Assembly (NCBI RefSeq): GCF_018350175.1
Contig: NC_058368.1
Coordinates: 98,706,001-98,770,000, forward strand
Source: Felis catus
Taxonomy: Eukaryota
DNA length: 64,000 nt
Reading direction: 5' to 3'
In this document: piece after piece, positions 48,641 through 62,212 of the stretch
How positions within the stretch are numbered: position 1 is the stretch's first letter
How the letters are laid out: every line of letters begins with the position of its first letter
Translations under genes and position numbers: made by a program
The notes under the pieces: model-generated
Databases searched by the model: none
Seen by the model: only the letters and a program-made list of their open reading frames with translations
What the model was told of the DNA's origin: nothing

Positions 48641-51026
48641 AAAAATAGTAAACCCATAGAGATGAATAGTGTGGTAAATATACTTGCATGGAAGGATTTG
48701 GAATTTCTTACCTTGAATCTTTAAAAGGAAAAATAAAGTGTGAGTTTTAGAATGGTGTATTTCCCAAATGACACTGTAAAACAGCTTTGCAAGTACAGCT
48801 TATGTCCCCATTTGATGTGTAAAAGAGAAAAATCCCAGGATTGCCATCAGAGCCTTTGTTTCTTATGCAGTACCATAGCTTAAATCTTTATATGGTATTT
48901 TGGACAACTCTCACTTTCATCATCGTAGTGTCTAAGAAGATACACCAGCATCATCCAAGCATTATACTTTGTTATCATTTTGTCATATGTAATGATGATG
49001 TCATACCATTCTTCCATAAATTTTGGTAGCATTCACTTTCCTTGGTTGAAGTTTATATGCTGCTTCCAAAGCACTCTCTTACAAACATAAATTTTGTATA
49101 AAAAATAGTCTACTTATTAATGTGAAAAATATATTTGTAGGCCCGGGCAATGGAATGCAGAATAACTCTTAGAGCAGTATTCTGTGTGGTGAATGCTTGG
49201 TAAATAGTCTTGACTAAATTGACAGTTGATGTGACCAAGTTGTAAAATGCTATATTCAGGACCAGCCAATTTGTTTCTGTTTTGTTTTGACATATATTGC
49301 ATCCACTGATATATTACATCTATATGAAGCATATGAATCAGAATAAAGAAGATATTTTTTTTTTACTATTTGTGACATTAAGAAGACAGGCTTTTGTGAA
49401 TAATGGAACTATGATCTTTTGCAGTGGTTTATTTCAGAAGCAATTTGACATAAAACAGGTCTACACATTATTTCTTTCCTTTTTCTTTGCTGCCCACTCT
49501 CTACGTGATTCATCCTTAGAGGAGCAATTTTTTTTTTAATGACACTGTAAATTCTCTATCTCATCCAATAATTAACTTTGGATTTTCGCAATAATGGTTA
49601 TTATTTTATGACACATGAAAATATTTTGTTACACTCAAAATATTAGTATTTTATTAACATGTCTCCCATGTAACTTCTAGATGTCTGTATTTTCTGGAAT
49701 AGCATGAAGTAATTAACGATAACCTCTTTGACACAAAAACCTTAAGATACCTCCTTGGGAATTTCCTTCTTTAATTACTCACTTGAGAAATCACTTTATT
49801 CTCAGAGTCTTCACATGAACTTGGGATTTTCCTTTAAGCATTTTTTTTCCATCAATTAATGTCTTTCTTTCATATGAATACTTAAAAAGTTCTGGGTCCC
49901 TAATATTGCTTTATCTTAATGGTAGTCCTAATTAGAAGAATTTAGCTTTGTAACTTAAATCAACTCTTACTGTTTCTATCTTTAAAAACCACCCAATGTA
50001 TTTCCTGTCAAAATGTTATCTTTTGTAAGCACTTTTTCTGGTTGAGAGCCCCATTGCAGGGCACTGGTAGCTACTGTGAAAATTTAAGAGGTGTCTCATC
50101 ACAGTTAAGGATGGCTTTGTTCTCAAGTGTCAGCAATTACTTGGCTTGGCTTTGACTCCTTAGAACTGGCTATTGAAATACAGAAAAGCCTTCTCATGAC
50201 TTGTACTTTTATTTATCAGTCTATCCATCATAGAACATTCCTAACAGATCCCACTTCTTCATCCCTTATCTTTTTTTTTTTTTTTTTCCCAACCCGTTGT
50301 CCATTGTGATTGGTTAATGCACACGGTCTGGCTTGTGCTCATGAGACCTGAGAAGGCATATGCTGAAGCCTGTGGGAAAGTCTCTTCTCTCTGCCTGCAT
50401 AATGCACCTGAACTTTATCTGGGTGTGGTGAAGAGTGTGAGCCCTCCCTTTAACTTTTCCTTCTTGTGACCTAATGTAATATTCCAATCATACTCAAATT
50501 GCAGATGGTGAGATAACTCACACCTTTCTATCCCTTGCCTGACTTTAACAAAGCAAATATTTTACTGTATCTGATCTAAAATTTTTATAAAAGTTTTGTT
50601 AATAGAATGTCACAAATACAATTTACAACCGCTGTCCAAATCTGCCTAGTCCCACTCTCCTTTGTCTCGTCCTCGGTACCTGGACATAAACAAAATCATT
50701 AATTTGATGTTTATTTTTGTAATGTATTTTCTATATTTTCTGCATATGTATACATTTGTACATAATGGGCATAATTGATTTGAATTCTGCCTGATTAGGG
50801 TCATACGCATTGATTGTGCAAAATAATTTTTCTTACAACATTATGCATTATAGAACTTCTGGTTAAAGTTCATACATTTTTACTGCTGGAAAGTATTCCA
50901 TTATAGAATATAAAGGGCATTCCATTATAAAGATATAGAACAACTTATTTGTATATTCACTCATTGGTGGTTACGGTTTTTCTAGTATTGTTACTAAGGA
51001 TATTAAAGTGGTATGTAAGTAATGGT

Positions 51027-51248
51027 TTTTCTTTTTAATTTTTTAAAAATGTTTATTTACTTTTGAGAGAAAAAGGGAGAGAGACAGAGACAGAGGCTTA
51101 AGCAGGGGAGGGGCAGAGAGAGACACAGAGTCTGAAGCAGGCTCCAGGCTCTGAGCTGTCAGCACAGAGCCAGACAGATGCATGGTTCCAACATACAGAC
51201 TGCAAAATTGTGACCTGAGTTTAACCAGCTGAGTCAATGAGGCACCCC
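51027..51248 (-). mobile_element. CanSINE (tandem pair)
   Basis: T-tail, (GA)n and antisense head. Confidence 0.92.
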
Positions 51249-51255
51249 AGTAGTG

Positions 51256-51472
51256 TTTTTTATTTTTAATGTTTATTTATTTTTGAGAGAGAGAGTGTGT
51301 GTGCAAGAGCAGAGGAGGGGCAGAGAGAGAGAAGGAGACAGAGAATCTTAAGCTGGCTCAGCACTGACAGCAGAGAGCCTGATGCCTGATGTGGGGCTTG
51401 AGTTTAGGAACCATGAGATCATGACCTGAGCTAAAGCAGGGCATTTAATTGACTGAGCCACTCAGACGCCCC
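51256..51472 (-). mobile_element. CanSINE (tandem pair)
   Basis: T-tail, (GA)n and antisense head. TAAGTAATG flanks the pair. Confidence 0.92.
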
Positions 51473-52482
51473 TCTAAGTAATGTTATAATCACTATTTCC
51501 ATGATTACAAATACTCATTGGCCTTTAGGTTTTCTCATTAACTAAACTTATTTACATAACTTACATTTCTCTACTGGATTATTAGTCTCTTATATATTGA
51601 TTTATATTAGATTTTGTTTATTATATTTGAATACTTGTATTTTATAAGATATAAACTTTGAAAATATTTCTGTTTGTTCTTTTGGTTGTTTTGAACATTG
51701 TTCATGTAGTAACTCTTGTAACTTTTAGTAGAATTTATCAGCATTTTACTTTAGGCTTTGTGTTTTTGAGTCTTGTTAGAGAATTTCACTTATATTGCAA
51801 AGTCATAAAATGATACCATGTTCTTCTAAAATTGCTCAAGTTTTGCTGTTTGTGTTTAACATATGTTTTCCACCCCAGTATATTTTACCCTATTTTTTTC
51901 TAGAAGTGTTAAAGACTTTCACATTTAAAATTTTAATTAGTAAAAATTTACTTTTGTCTGTCATACAAAGTAAGGATTAACTATTCTGATTTTTCCATAT
52001 TGATAGCAAATTATCAAAAACCATTCATTCTTTGCCCTTACTGATTTATCATGTCAAGTCCCCAGAAGTATATTTCTGGGCATTTGTTCTTTCACTTAGT
52101 CTATGTGACATTATCACAGACCATGTAGCAGTATTGCATTTCTGAGTTGCTGTAACTTTATAATAGTCTAAAAACAGGAGGAGGATCCTCCCAAAAGTGT
52201 GAAGCTCATTGCTCTTCTTCTTTTCTTCCTCCATATTCACCTTCTATTTTTTGTAGCGAATATTCTTGGCAAAGCAAAAAAGCAAAAAATAAGTAAGACT
52301 GTATCAAACTAAAAAGCTTCTGCATACCAAAGGAAACCATCAACAAGATGAAAAAGCAACTTACGGAATGGAAGAAAATATTTTCCAATTACATAACCAG
52401 TGAAGCATATTCAAAATATACAAGGAACTCATACAGCTTAATAACAAAAATAAAATAACCAAATTAAAAAATGATCAAAGGA

Positions 52483-52715
52483 GGGGCACCTGGGTGGCTC
52501 AGTTTGGTTAAGTGTTCAACTCTTGATTTTGGCTCAGGTCATGATCTCACAGTTCATGGGTACAAGCCCTACTTTGGGCTCTGTGTTGAGTCTTTGGGCT
52601 CTGTGTACGGAGCCTGCTTGGGATTCTCTATCCCCACTTCTCTCTCTGCCCCTCCGTCCACTTGTGTGTTCTCTCTCTCTCTCTCAAAATAAACTTAAAG
52701 TTTTTTTTCAAAAAA
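52483..52715 (+). mobile_element. CanSINE nested in an L1
   Basis: TSD AAAAAATGA(T/G)CAAAGGA. Confidence 0.94.
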
Positions 52716-53585
52716 AAAAAATGAGCAAAGGACCCGATTAAACTGTTCTGCGGAGAAGACATACCAATGGCCAACAAGCCTATGAAAAGATGCTCAACAT
52801 CACTAATTATCAGGAAAATGCAAATCACAACCACAAAGAGATGTCATCTCACACCTGTTAGAATTATCAAAAAGACAAGAATTAACAAGTGTTGGTGAGG
52901 ATGTGGAGAAAAGGACCCCTTGCATGCTGTTGGTGGGAATGTAAATTGGTGCAGCCACTGTGGAAAACAGTATGGAGGTTCCTCAAAAAATTAAAAATAG
53001 AACTACCATTTGAAGCTGCAATCCCAACTCTGGGTGTATGTCCAAAGTAAACTAAATCATTAGATCAAGGAGATATCTGTATTCCCATGTTCTTTGCAGC
53101 ATTGTTCGTCATAGCCCTGAAAGTAAACTTCCAATAGGAGATGAATGTATAAAGAAGATGTAATGTTTTCTAAAATGTAAAAGTACATATTCTCCTTGTA
53201 TTTATATTAATAATGAAATCTTCAGCCTTAAAAAAAAGATGAAATCTTGTCATTTGCTCCCTATGGATAAAACGAGGGCACATTATGCTAAGTGAAATAA
53301 ACCAGGCAAAGACAAATACAGTGTGGTATTAATTCCATGTGGAATTAAAACAAACAAACAAGGAACAAAGAAAAGTCAGACTTATAGAAAAAGAGAGTAG
53401 AATGGTGGTTGCCAGTGGGCTGAGGGAGTGGGGGAAATTCAAAGAGGCAAGTAAAAGGATTCAGTTTTTTAGTTACAGGATGAATAAGGTCAGAAGATCT
53501 CATGTAAAATGTCGGGTGAAAGTTGATAACAATGCATTGTATAATTGAAATTGGTTGTGAAACTAGAACTTCAGTATTCACAAGG

Positions 53586-53587
53586 GA

Positions 53588-53635
<48 letters not shown>
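53586..53635. repeat. (GAAA)12 tetranucleotide microsatellite
   Basis: Directly visible, inside the L1 3'UTR. Confidence 0.97.
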
Positions 53636-53800
53636 AGATAGGAAAAGAAAAAGGTAAATATGTGAAATGACAGATGTGTTAATTAACTTGGTAGAAATCC
53701 TTTCACAGTGTGTATGTAGATTAAATCATCATGTTGTATACTTTAATTGTATTACAATTTTACTTATCAATTATACCTCAATAAAAGTGAAGCAGCATAC

Positions 53801-54025
53801 TTTATTTTTTTTTAAGTTTATTTATTTTGGAGAGAGAGAGAGAGAGAGAGAGGAAACACATGCGTGTGAGCAGGAGAGGGCAGAGAGGAAAAGAGAGAAT
53901 TCCAAGCAGGCTCTGCACTGTCAGCACAGAGTCCAATTTGGGGCTTAAACTCATGAGCTGTAAAATCATGACCTGAGTCAAATTCAAGAGCCAGACGCTT
54001 TACCAACCGAGCCACACAAGCTCCC
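53801..54025 (-). mobile_element. CanSINE
   Basis: T-tail, (GA)n and antisense head. Confidence 0.92.
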
Positions 54026-54508
54026 TGAATTGCATTGACTATTAACTTTAATTTTTTTTTTTTATTTATCACCTGCAATCACTTTATTGACCACCAGTGT
54101 GATTCTCTTAAGATAAAGTGTTGTAAACCATATCACATTCTTTACCTAAGATCATGTATCATTGGCCCTAAGAATTTAGTCAAGGAAATATACAAAGCTC
54201 TGTTAAATAATTTCAAAAATGGAGGAAATGCATTGGAGGATTCCATCAGAAGGGAAGGTCTTTTGATTCCATTTTTCAGTATAAGAATTTCAGATATTAA
54301 TAAATTATATTTTATTGCTGCCTCATTAAAACCTGAAAATAGTGGTGCTTGGTTCAGTTGTTTCAAAAATGTATTTGCAGCAGCACAACCTTCCCATGAT
54401 TTATAACAAATTTGTTCATGGGACCAGTCGTGAAATGTAGATCTTAGCTTATTCACTTTGCAAAGACAGACCTCTCTTCTCACCTTCAAACAAAAAGTGA
54501 AAAGTTCT

Positions 54509-54700
54509 GGGGTGCCTGGTTGGTTAAGCATTCAATTTCAGCTCAGGTCATGACCTCACAGTTTGTGGGTTTGAGCCCCACACCGCATGCTCTCTGCTGT
54601 CAGCACAGAGCCTGCTTCTGATCTTCTGTCTCCCTCTCTCTCTGCCCCTCCCCTGTCTCTCTCTCTTTCTCAGAAATAAATTTAAAAAAACTTTTTTAAT
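54509..54700 (+). mobile_element. CanSINE
   Basis: TSD TGAAAAGTTCT. Confidence 0.93.
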
Positions 54701-54882
54701 CTGAAAAGTTCTCATTTTTTTAGCATACTGTATCCCAGACCCAATGATGTATGAAATGTGATAATTATTACACTATAATAATATAATAAATATATTAATA
54801 TATAATATACTATAATAATCAGAACAATCTCAATTAATAAAAATAAATTATCACACAAGATAATAATAAATATTTTTATCTT

Positions 54883-55095
54883 GAGGCACCTGGCTGGCTC
54901 AGTTGGTTAAGGATCTGGCTTAGGCTCAGGTCATGATCTCCCAATGCAGGAGTTCACTCTCTGCTGTCAGCTCAGAGCCTGCTTTGGATCCTGTCTCCCT
55001 GTCACTCTACCCCACCCCCGCTCGAGCACACTTGCGCTCTCTCTCTCTCTCTTTCTCTCAAGAAGAAATAAAACGTTAAAAAATACTAAAAATAA
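54883..55095 (+). mobile_element. CanSINE
   Basis: Head with small deletions, (CT)n and A-tail. Confidence 0.9.
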
Positions 55096-56038
55096 ATAAA
55101 TATTATCTTGTTAACACTGCAAGGAAGAAACTAAAACAAACCTCAGATTCTTTTCACTTTTAGAAATCAATGGGTCGTTTCTTCTACAAAGGTATTTTAT
55201 ACAAAGAGATATCTCTTCTACAGAGATATTTTCTTCTACAAAGGAATTTTCACTGGGGATTTACAGAGATTTGTCCACATAGGTGAGCTGGGGACAGTAA
55301 CTGTGCCCCCACTGTGGATGCTGCTCTAGGGACCCTTGCCCTGTGATTCCTCAGAGTCTAGTGCTGTGTTCACTACCTGTGTTAGTTTCAAAGGCCTTTT
55401 TTAGTCTGTTTCACAAAGATAGCAGTTTTTCCCTGCACTTCCCCACTTCCCAAGGCATATTAAAGAAGATTTTCACTAACCCCTTTAAATCGTGCCAACA
55501 GGGAATTTTCTTTCGGTGTTTGTTTTGTTTCCTTCCGTTTGTTTTCCTGGAGCTTATTACCATATCTGTATTTCTGCCCCCCCCCACCCCCTGGAAAATT
55601 CACTTTAGAAAAAAACAAGGAAAATCTTGTAAGTTTCACACATTCTGATATTTTCCTAATCAGTCCTCTCATGAAAATAAAGACATAAGTAAACAGTAAC
55701 ACACCTTACAGGTAGAGACCTACCTTTTAACGTCTTTGAATTACTCATTCTTTTCCTTCCATTGGAAGGAACTCATCCTTCCATTGGGTAGCACATCTTG
55801 GAGCACCTTGGGCAGCATCACTGACATGCCGGCCTGCTTTGGTTGAAGCTCTTCCCTTATGTTTCCTTGAAACATGTCTACTTGTTTCCTTTTGAACCTA
55901 AATGGATCAGATGTAATGACTAGAGGCTTTTGCTAGCACAGGATAGAGTAAGATTTAGCCTTCCTTCTATAATCTCCATGTCACCTTACCCTCACCCCCT
56001 GGGATGGAACCTATGCTTTAAATAAAAATAGTGTTCTT

Positions 56039-56242
56039 GGGGTGCCTGCGTGCCTCACTTGGTTAAGTGTCCTGACTCTGGGTCGGACGGACATGATCTC
56101 AGTGTGTGAGTTTGATCCCCATGTTGATCCTCTGTGCTGACAGCTTGGAGACTGGTTGGAATCTTCTCTCTCTCTGTCTCTCTGCCCCTACCCTACTCTC
56201 TCTCTTTCTTTCCAACTAAATAAGCTTAAAGATTTTTTTTTT
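56039..56242 (+). mobile_element. CanSINE (diverged)
   Basis: Head, (CT)n and degenerate tail. Confidence 0.88.
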
Positions 56243-57246
56243 AAATAGTAGTTTTGGTACGCCAAACAAATTTCTTAGCCCAAGTAGCTTCGACCCTGGC
56301 TACAGTTTCCAATTAGATTGCTGCCTCTGAGCCCTTTTCATGCAGAAATATTGAAACCAGTACTGATACTCAGAATTGGAGGGAAGGGTAGATGGTGGCG
56401 TAGGAGGACACTGGGCTCACCTCCTCCTGCTGATAGCTTAGATTCCACCCACATTGGCCTAGAAAACCTCCGGAAGACTAGCAGAACGGACTCTCTGGAG
56501 CCAAGCGTAGACGAGAGGCCCATGGAAGAGGGCAGGAAGGGCGGAGAGGCGGTGCACCCTACACAGACTGGTGGCTGGGAGCCTGGCGGTGGAGGGGCAG
56601 CCCAGCCAACAAGGCAGAGCCCCTGAGTCTGGCTTGCAAAAGTGGAGGGGACGGACTGCGTGAGTTCTGAGGCCAATGGGACTTAACATCTGGAATGTTA
56701 TAGGTCAACAGCTCTGCTCCGAGAGCAGGAGGGTGAGAGGACACCAGGAGAGAGAGATGTTGAGCCCTGGAAAACAGAGCTCAGCTGGGCAGGGAACAAA
56801 GGCACTGGGAAGCGCCATCTCCCTCTCCCATCCCCCAGCTGAAACCCCAAAGGGAACCAGTTCACTGAACTTGCTTGCACCACTCAAACACCCAATGCTT
56901 CCTCTGACCCGCCTGCCTTCCTCCCTTCCTCCCTCCCGTGCTGCAGAGTCCCTCCCGCAGGGGACCACCAAGGGCAAAGTGAGCTAAGTCTGCCCCTCCC
57001 ACCCCTGTGCACCTTGAGGATCCACCCCCGCTAATATGTCAGATCCCATAGAAGCAGCACCACAAGCCTGGCTATGCAAGCAGCCCAGACAGGGGCCACA
57101 CCAACCCACACTGAGTCCTGCCCCTGGGAGGGGGGAAGATAAGGTACACACCAGTCTGACTGTGGCCCCGCCCACCAACACAAATTTCTCTGGACAGCAC
57201 AGGGGAAGTGCCCTGCAGTTTGGCGCTACCGCAGGGACTAGCCAAA

Positions 57247-58136
57247 ATGATGAAATGGAAGAATTCTCCTCAAAAGAAACTCCAGGAAGTAGCAACAGCT
57301 AAATAATTGATCAAAACAGATTTAAGCAATATAATGGAACAAGAATTTAGAATAATAGTCATAAAATTAATCGCTGGGCTTGAAAAAAGCCTAGAGGACA
57401 GCAGAGAATCTATTGCTACAGAGATCAAGGGACTGTAAAATAGTCATGAGGAATTAAAAAATGCTATAAATGAGGTACAAAATAAAATGGAGGTAGCCAT
57501 AGCACAGATTGAAGAGGCAGAGGAGAGAATAGGTGAATTAGAAGATAAAATTATGGAAAAAGAGGAAGCTGAGAAAAAGAGAGATAAAAAAATCCAGGAG
57601 TTTGAGGGGAGATTTAGAGAACTAAGTGATGCAATCAAACGGAACAATATCTGTACCATAGGAATCCAGAAGAGGAAGAGAGAGAAAGGGGCTGAAGGTG
57701 TACTTGAACAAATCATAGCTAAGAACTTCCCTGATCTGGGGAAGGAAAAAGGCATTGAAATCCAAGAGGCACAGAGAACTCACTTCAGACGTAACTTGAA
57801 TCAATCTTCGGCACGACATATCATAGGGAAACTAGCAAAATACAAGGATAAAGAGAGAATTCTGAAAACAGCTAGGGATAAACGGGCCCTAACATACACA
57901 GGTAGACACATAAGGGTGGGAGCAGACCTATCTACTGAAACTTGGCAGGCCAGAAGGGAATGGCAGGAAATCTTCAAAGTGATGAACAGAAAAAATATGC
58001 AGCCAGGAATCCTTTATCCAGCAAGTCTGTCATTGAGAATAGAAGGAGAGATAAAGGTTTTCCTAAAACACAGTAACTGAAGGAATTCATCACCCATAAA
58101 CCAGCCCTACAAGAGATCCTAAGGGGGACTCTGTGA
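57247..58136 (+). pseudogene. L1 ORF1p (RNA-binding/chaperone), disrupted
   Basis: Starts ATG ATG AAA TGG AAG. In-frame TAA stops near 57304 and 57436. ORF 57487-58080 reads coiled-coil plus RRM/CTD-like (ADLSTETWQARREWQEIFKVM). Confidence 0.93.
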
Positions 58137-58204
58137 GTGAAATGTTGCAAGGACCACAAAGTACCAGAGACATCACTGCAAGCATGAAACCAACAGACAT
58201 CACA

Positions 58205-61200
58205 ATGACTCTAAACCCATATCTTGCAATAATAACAATGAATGTAAATGGAATAAATGCTCCAACCAAAAGACACAAGGTATCAGAATGGATTAAAAAC
58301 AATGAGACCCATCTATTTGCTGTCTACAAGAGACTCATTTTAAACCTGAGGATACCTTCAGATTGAAAGTGAGGGGATGGAGAACTATCTATCATGCTAC
58401 TGGAAGTTAAAAGAAAGCTGGAGTAGCCATACTTATATCAGACAAACTAGACTTTAAATTAAAGGCTGTAACAAGAGATGAAGAAGGGCATTATATAATA
58501 ATTACAGGGTCCATCAGGAAGAGCTAACAATTATAAATGTCTTATGCGCCGAATACAGGACTCCCAAATATATAAAACAATCACAAACATAAGCAACTTT
58601 ATTGATAAGAATGTGGTAATTGCAGAGGACTTTTATACCCCACTTACAACAATGGATGGATCATCTAGACACAGGATCAATAAAGAAACAAGGGCCCTGA
58701 ATGATACATTGGATCAGATGGACTTGACAGATATATTTAGAACTCTGCATCCCAAAGAAACAGAATATTCTTTCTTCTTTAGTGCACATGGGGCATTCTC
58801 CAATTTAGATCACATACTGAATCATAAAACAGCCCTTCATAAGTATGAAAGAAGTGGGATCATAACATGCACACTTTCATACCACAATGCTATGAAATGT
58901 GAAATCAACCACAGGGAAAAGTCTGGAAAACCTCCAAAAGCATGGAGGTTAAAGAACACCCTACTAAAGAATGAATGGGTCAACCAGGCAATTAGAGAAG
59001 AAATTTAAAGATATATGGAAATAAATGAAAATGACAATACAATAATCCAAATGCTTTGGGATGCAGCGAAGGCAGTCCTGAGAGGAAAATACATTGCAAT
59101 CCAAGCCTATCTCAAGAAACAAGAAAAATCCCAAATACAAAATCTAACAGCACACCTAAAAGAAATAGAAGCAGAACAGCTAAGACACCCCAAACCCAGC
59201 AGAAGAAGAGAAATAATAAATATCAGAGCAGAAATAAACAATGTAGAATCTAAAAAAGCAGTAGAGCAGATCAATGAAACCAAGAGTTGGTTTTTTGAAA
59301 AAATAAACAAAATTGATAAACCTCTAGCCAGGCTTCTCAAAAAGAAAAGGGAGAGGACCCAAAGAGATACAATCATGAATTAAAATGGAATTATTACAAC
59401 CAATCCCTCAGAAATGCAAGCAATTATCAGGGAATACTGTGAAAAATTATATGCCAACAAACTGGAAACCTGGAAGAAATGGACAAATTCCTAAGCCCTC
59501 ACACACTTCCAAAACTCAAACAGGAAAAAATAGAAAACTTGAACAGACCCATAACCCATGAAGACATTGAATCAGTTATCAAAAATCTCCCAACAATTAA
59601 GAGTCCAGAACAAGATGGCTGCCCTGGGGAATTCTACCAGACATTTAAAGAAGAGATAATACCTATCCTTCTCAAGCTGTTCCAAAAAAAAGAAAGGGAA
59701 GGAAAACTTCCAGACTCATTCTATGAAGCCAGCATTACTTTGATTGCCAAACCAGAGAGCCAGCCAAAAAACAGAACTGCAGGCCAATATATCTGATGAA
59801 CATGGATGCAAAAATTCTCAACAAGATACTAGCAAATTGAATTCAACAGCATATAAAAAGAATTATTCACCCTGATCAAGTGGGATTCACTCCAGGGTTG
59901 CAGGGCTGGTTCAACATTTGCAAATCAATCAATGTGATACATCACATTAATAAAAGAAAAGATAAGAATCATATGATCCTGTCAATGCAGAAAAAGCATT
60001 TGACAAAATTCAGCATCCTTTCTTAATGAAAACCCTTGAGAAAGTCGGGATAGAAGGAACATACTTAAACATCATAAAAGCCATTTATGAAAAGACCACA
60101 GCTAATAACATCCTTAATGGGGAAAAACTGACAGTTTTCCCCCTGAGATCAGGAACACGACAGGGATGTCCACTCTCACCGCTGTTTTTTAACATAGTGT
60201 TGGAGGTTCTAGCATCAGCAATCAGACAACAAAAGTTAATCAAAGGCATCAAAATTGGCAGATGACATATTATACATGGAAAACCTGACAGACTCAACCA
60301 AAAGTCTGCTACGACTGATACATGAATTCAGCAAAGTTGCCGGATACAAAATTAATGTACAGAAATCAATTGCATTCTTATACACTAATAGTGAAGCAAC
60401 AGAAAGACAGAAAAAGAAACTGATCCCATTCACAATTGCACCAAGAAGCATAAAATACCTAGGGATAAACCTAACCAAAGATGTACAAGATCTGTATGCT
60501 GAAAACTATGGAAAGCTTATGAAGGAAATTGAAGAAGATACGAAGAAATGGAAAAACATTCTGTGCTCATGGATTGGAAGAATAAATATTGTTTAAATGT
60601 CAATACTACCCAGAGCAACCTACACATTCAATGCAATCACAATCAAAATGGCACCAGCATTCTTCTCAAAGCTAGAACAAGCAATCCTAAAATTTGTATG
60701 GAACCACAAAAGACCCCGAATAGCCAAAGTAATATTGAAGAGGAAGACCAAAGCAGGAGGCATCACAATCCTAGACTTTAGCCTCTACTACAAAGCTGTC
60801 ATCATGAAGACAGCATGGTATTGACACAAAAACAGACACATAGACCAATGGAATAGATAGAGACTCCAGAATTGGACCCACGAAAGTGTGGCCAACTAAT
60901 CTTTGACAAGGCAAGAAAGAATATCCAATGGAACAAAAGACAGTCTGATTAACAAATGGTGCTGGAAGAACTGGACAGCAACATGCAGAAGGATGAAACT
61001 AGAGCACCTTCTTACACCATTCACAAAAATAAACTCAAAATGGGTAAAGGACCTGAATGTGAGACAGGAAACCATCAAAACCCTAGAGGAGAAAGCAGGA
61101 AAAACCTCTGACCTCAGCTGCAGCAGTTTCTTACTCAACACATCTCTGAAGGCAAGGGAATTAAAAGCAAAAGTGAACTATTGGGACCTCATGAAGATAA

Positions 61201-62212
61201 AAAGCTTTTGCACTGCAAAGGAAACAATAAACAAAACTAAAAGGCATCCGATGGAATGGGAAAAGGTATTTGAAAATGACATATTGGACAAAGGACTAGT
61301 ATCCAAAATCTATAAAGAACTCACCAAACTCCACACCGGAAAAACAAATAATCCAGTGAAGAAATGGGCAGAAGACATGAGTAGACACTTCTCTAAAGAA
61401 GACATCCAGGGGGCACCTGGGTGGCTCAGTCAGTTAAGCGTCCGACTTCATCTCAGGTCATGATCTCGCGGTCCGTGAGTTCGAGCCCTGCGTCGGGCTC
61501 TGCTGACAGCTCAGAGCCTGGAGCCTGTTTCGGATTCTGTGTCTCCCTCTCTCTCTGACCCTCCCCCGTTCATGCTCTGTCTCTCTCTATCTCAAAAATA
61601 AATAAATGTAAAAAAAATTTTTTTTAAATAAAGAAGTCATCCAGATGGCCAACAGGCACATGAAAATATGCTCAACGTCGCTCCTCATCAGGGAAATACA
61701 AATCAAAACCACACTGAGATATCACCTCACGCCAGTCAGAGTGGCTAAAATGAACAAATCAGGACACTATAGATGCTGGAGAGGATGGGGAGAAACGGGA
61801 ACCCTCTTGCACTGTTGGTGGGAATGCAAACTGGTGCAGCCACTCTGGAAAAGTGTGGAGGTGCCTCAAAAAATTAAAAATAGATCTACCCTATGACCCA
61901 GCAATAGCACTACTAGGAATTTACCCAAGGGATACAGGAGTGCTGATGCATAGGGCCACTTGTACCCCAATGTTGATAGCAGCACTTTCAACAATAGCTA
62001 AATTATGGAACAAACCTAAATGTCCATCAACTGATGAATGGATAAAGAAATTGTGGCTTATATACACAATGGAATACTACGTGGCAATGAGAAAGAATGA
62101 AATATGGCCTTTTGTAGCAACGTGGATGGAAGTGGAGAGTGTTATGCTATGTGAAATAAGTCATACAGAGAAATATAGATACCTTATGTTTTCACTCTTA
62201 TGTGGATCCTGA
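58205..62212 (+). pseudogene. L1 ORF2p (endonuclease/reverse transcriptase), fragmented
   Basis: ITMNVNGINAP (EN start), [21 protein letters not shown] and [15 protein letters not shown] motifs, split over many frames by stops and frameshifts. Interrupted by a SINE at 61410. Confidence 0.95.
61410..61629 (+). mobile_element. CanSINE inserted in L1 ORF2
   Basis: tRNA-like head, (CT)n and A-tail. TSD AAAGAAG(A/T)CATCCAG at 61395-61409 and 61630-61644. Confidence 0.97.

Larger units (their letters stand above)
50640..52265 (-). mobile_element. Ancient L1ME-like relic interrupted by two SINEs
   Basis: Degenerate antisense L1 sequence (AGTATTCCATTATAG, GATATAAACTTTG, GCTGTAACTTTATAATAGTCT). Confidence 0.6.
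52270..53790 (+). mobile_element. Older L1 (ORF2 C-terminus plus 3'UTR), interrupted by a SINE
   Basis: Homologous to 61190-62200, with an older-type 3'UTR ending CAATAAAAGTG. Contains (GAAA)n. Confidence 0.9.

Noticed and set aside
55178..55270. Short imperfect direct repeats (TTTCTTCTACAAAGG twice, TACAGAGAT)
   Set aside because: A small local slippage duplication with no regular period or spacer structure.
56318..57302. Several 60-110 aa ORFs on both strands in the L1 5'UTR (ORF0-like?)
   Set aside because: Expected from the higher GC content. ORF0 is described for primate L1, and nothing here supports an equivalent.
57444..61141. Minus-strand hydrophobic ORFs overlapping L1 ORF1/ORF2
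   Set aside because: These are antisense shadows of A-rich L1 coding sequence.
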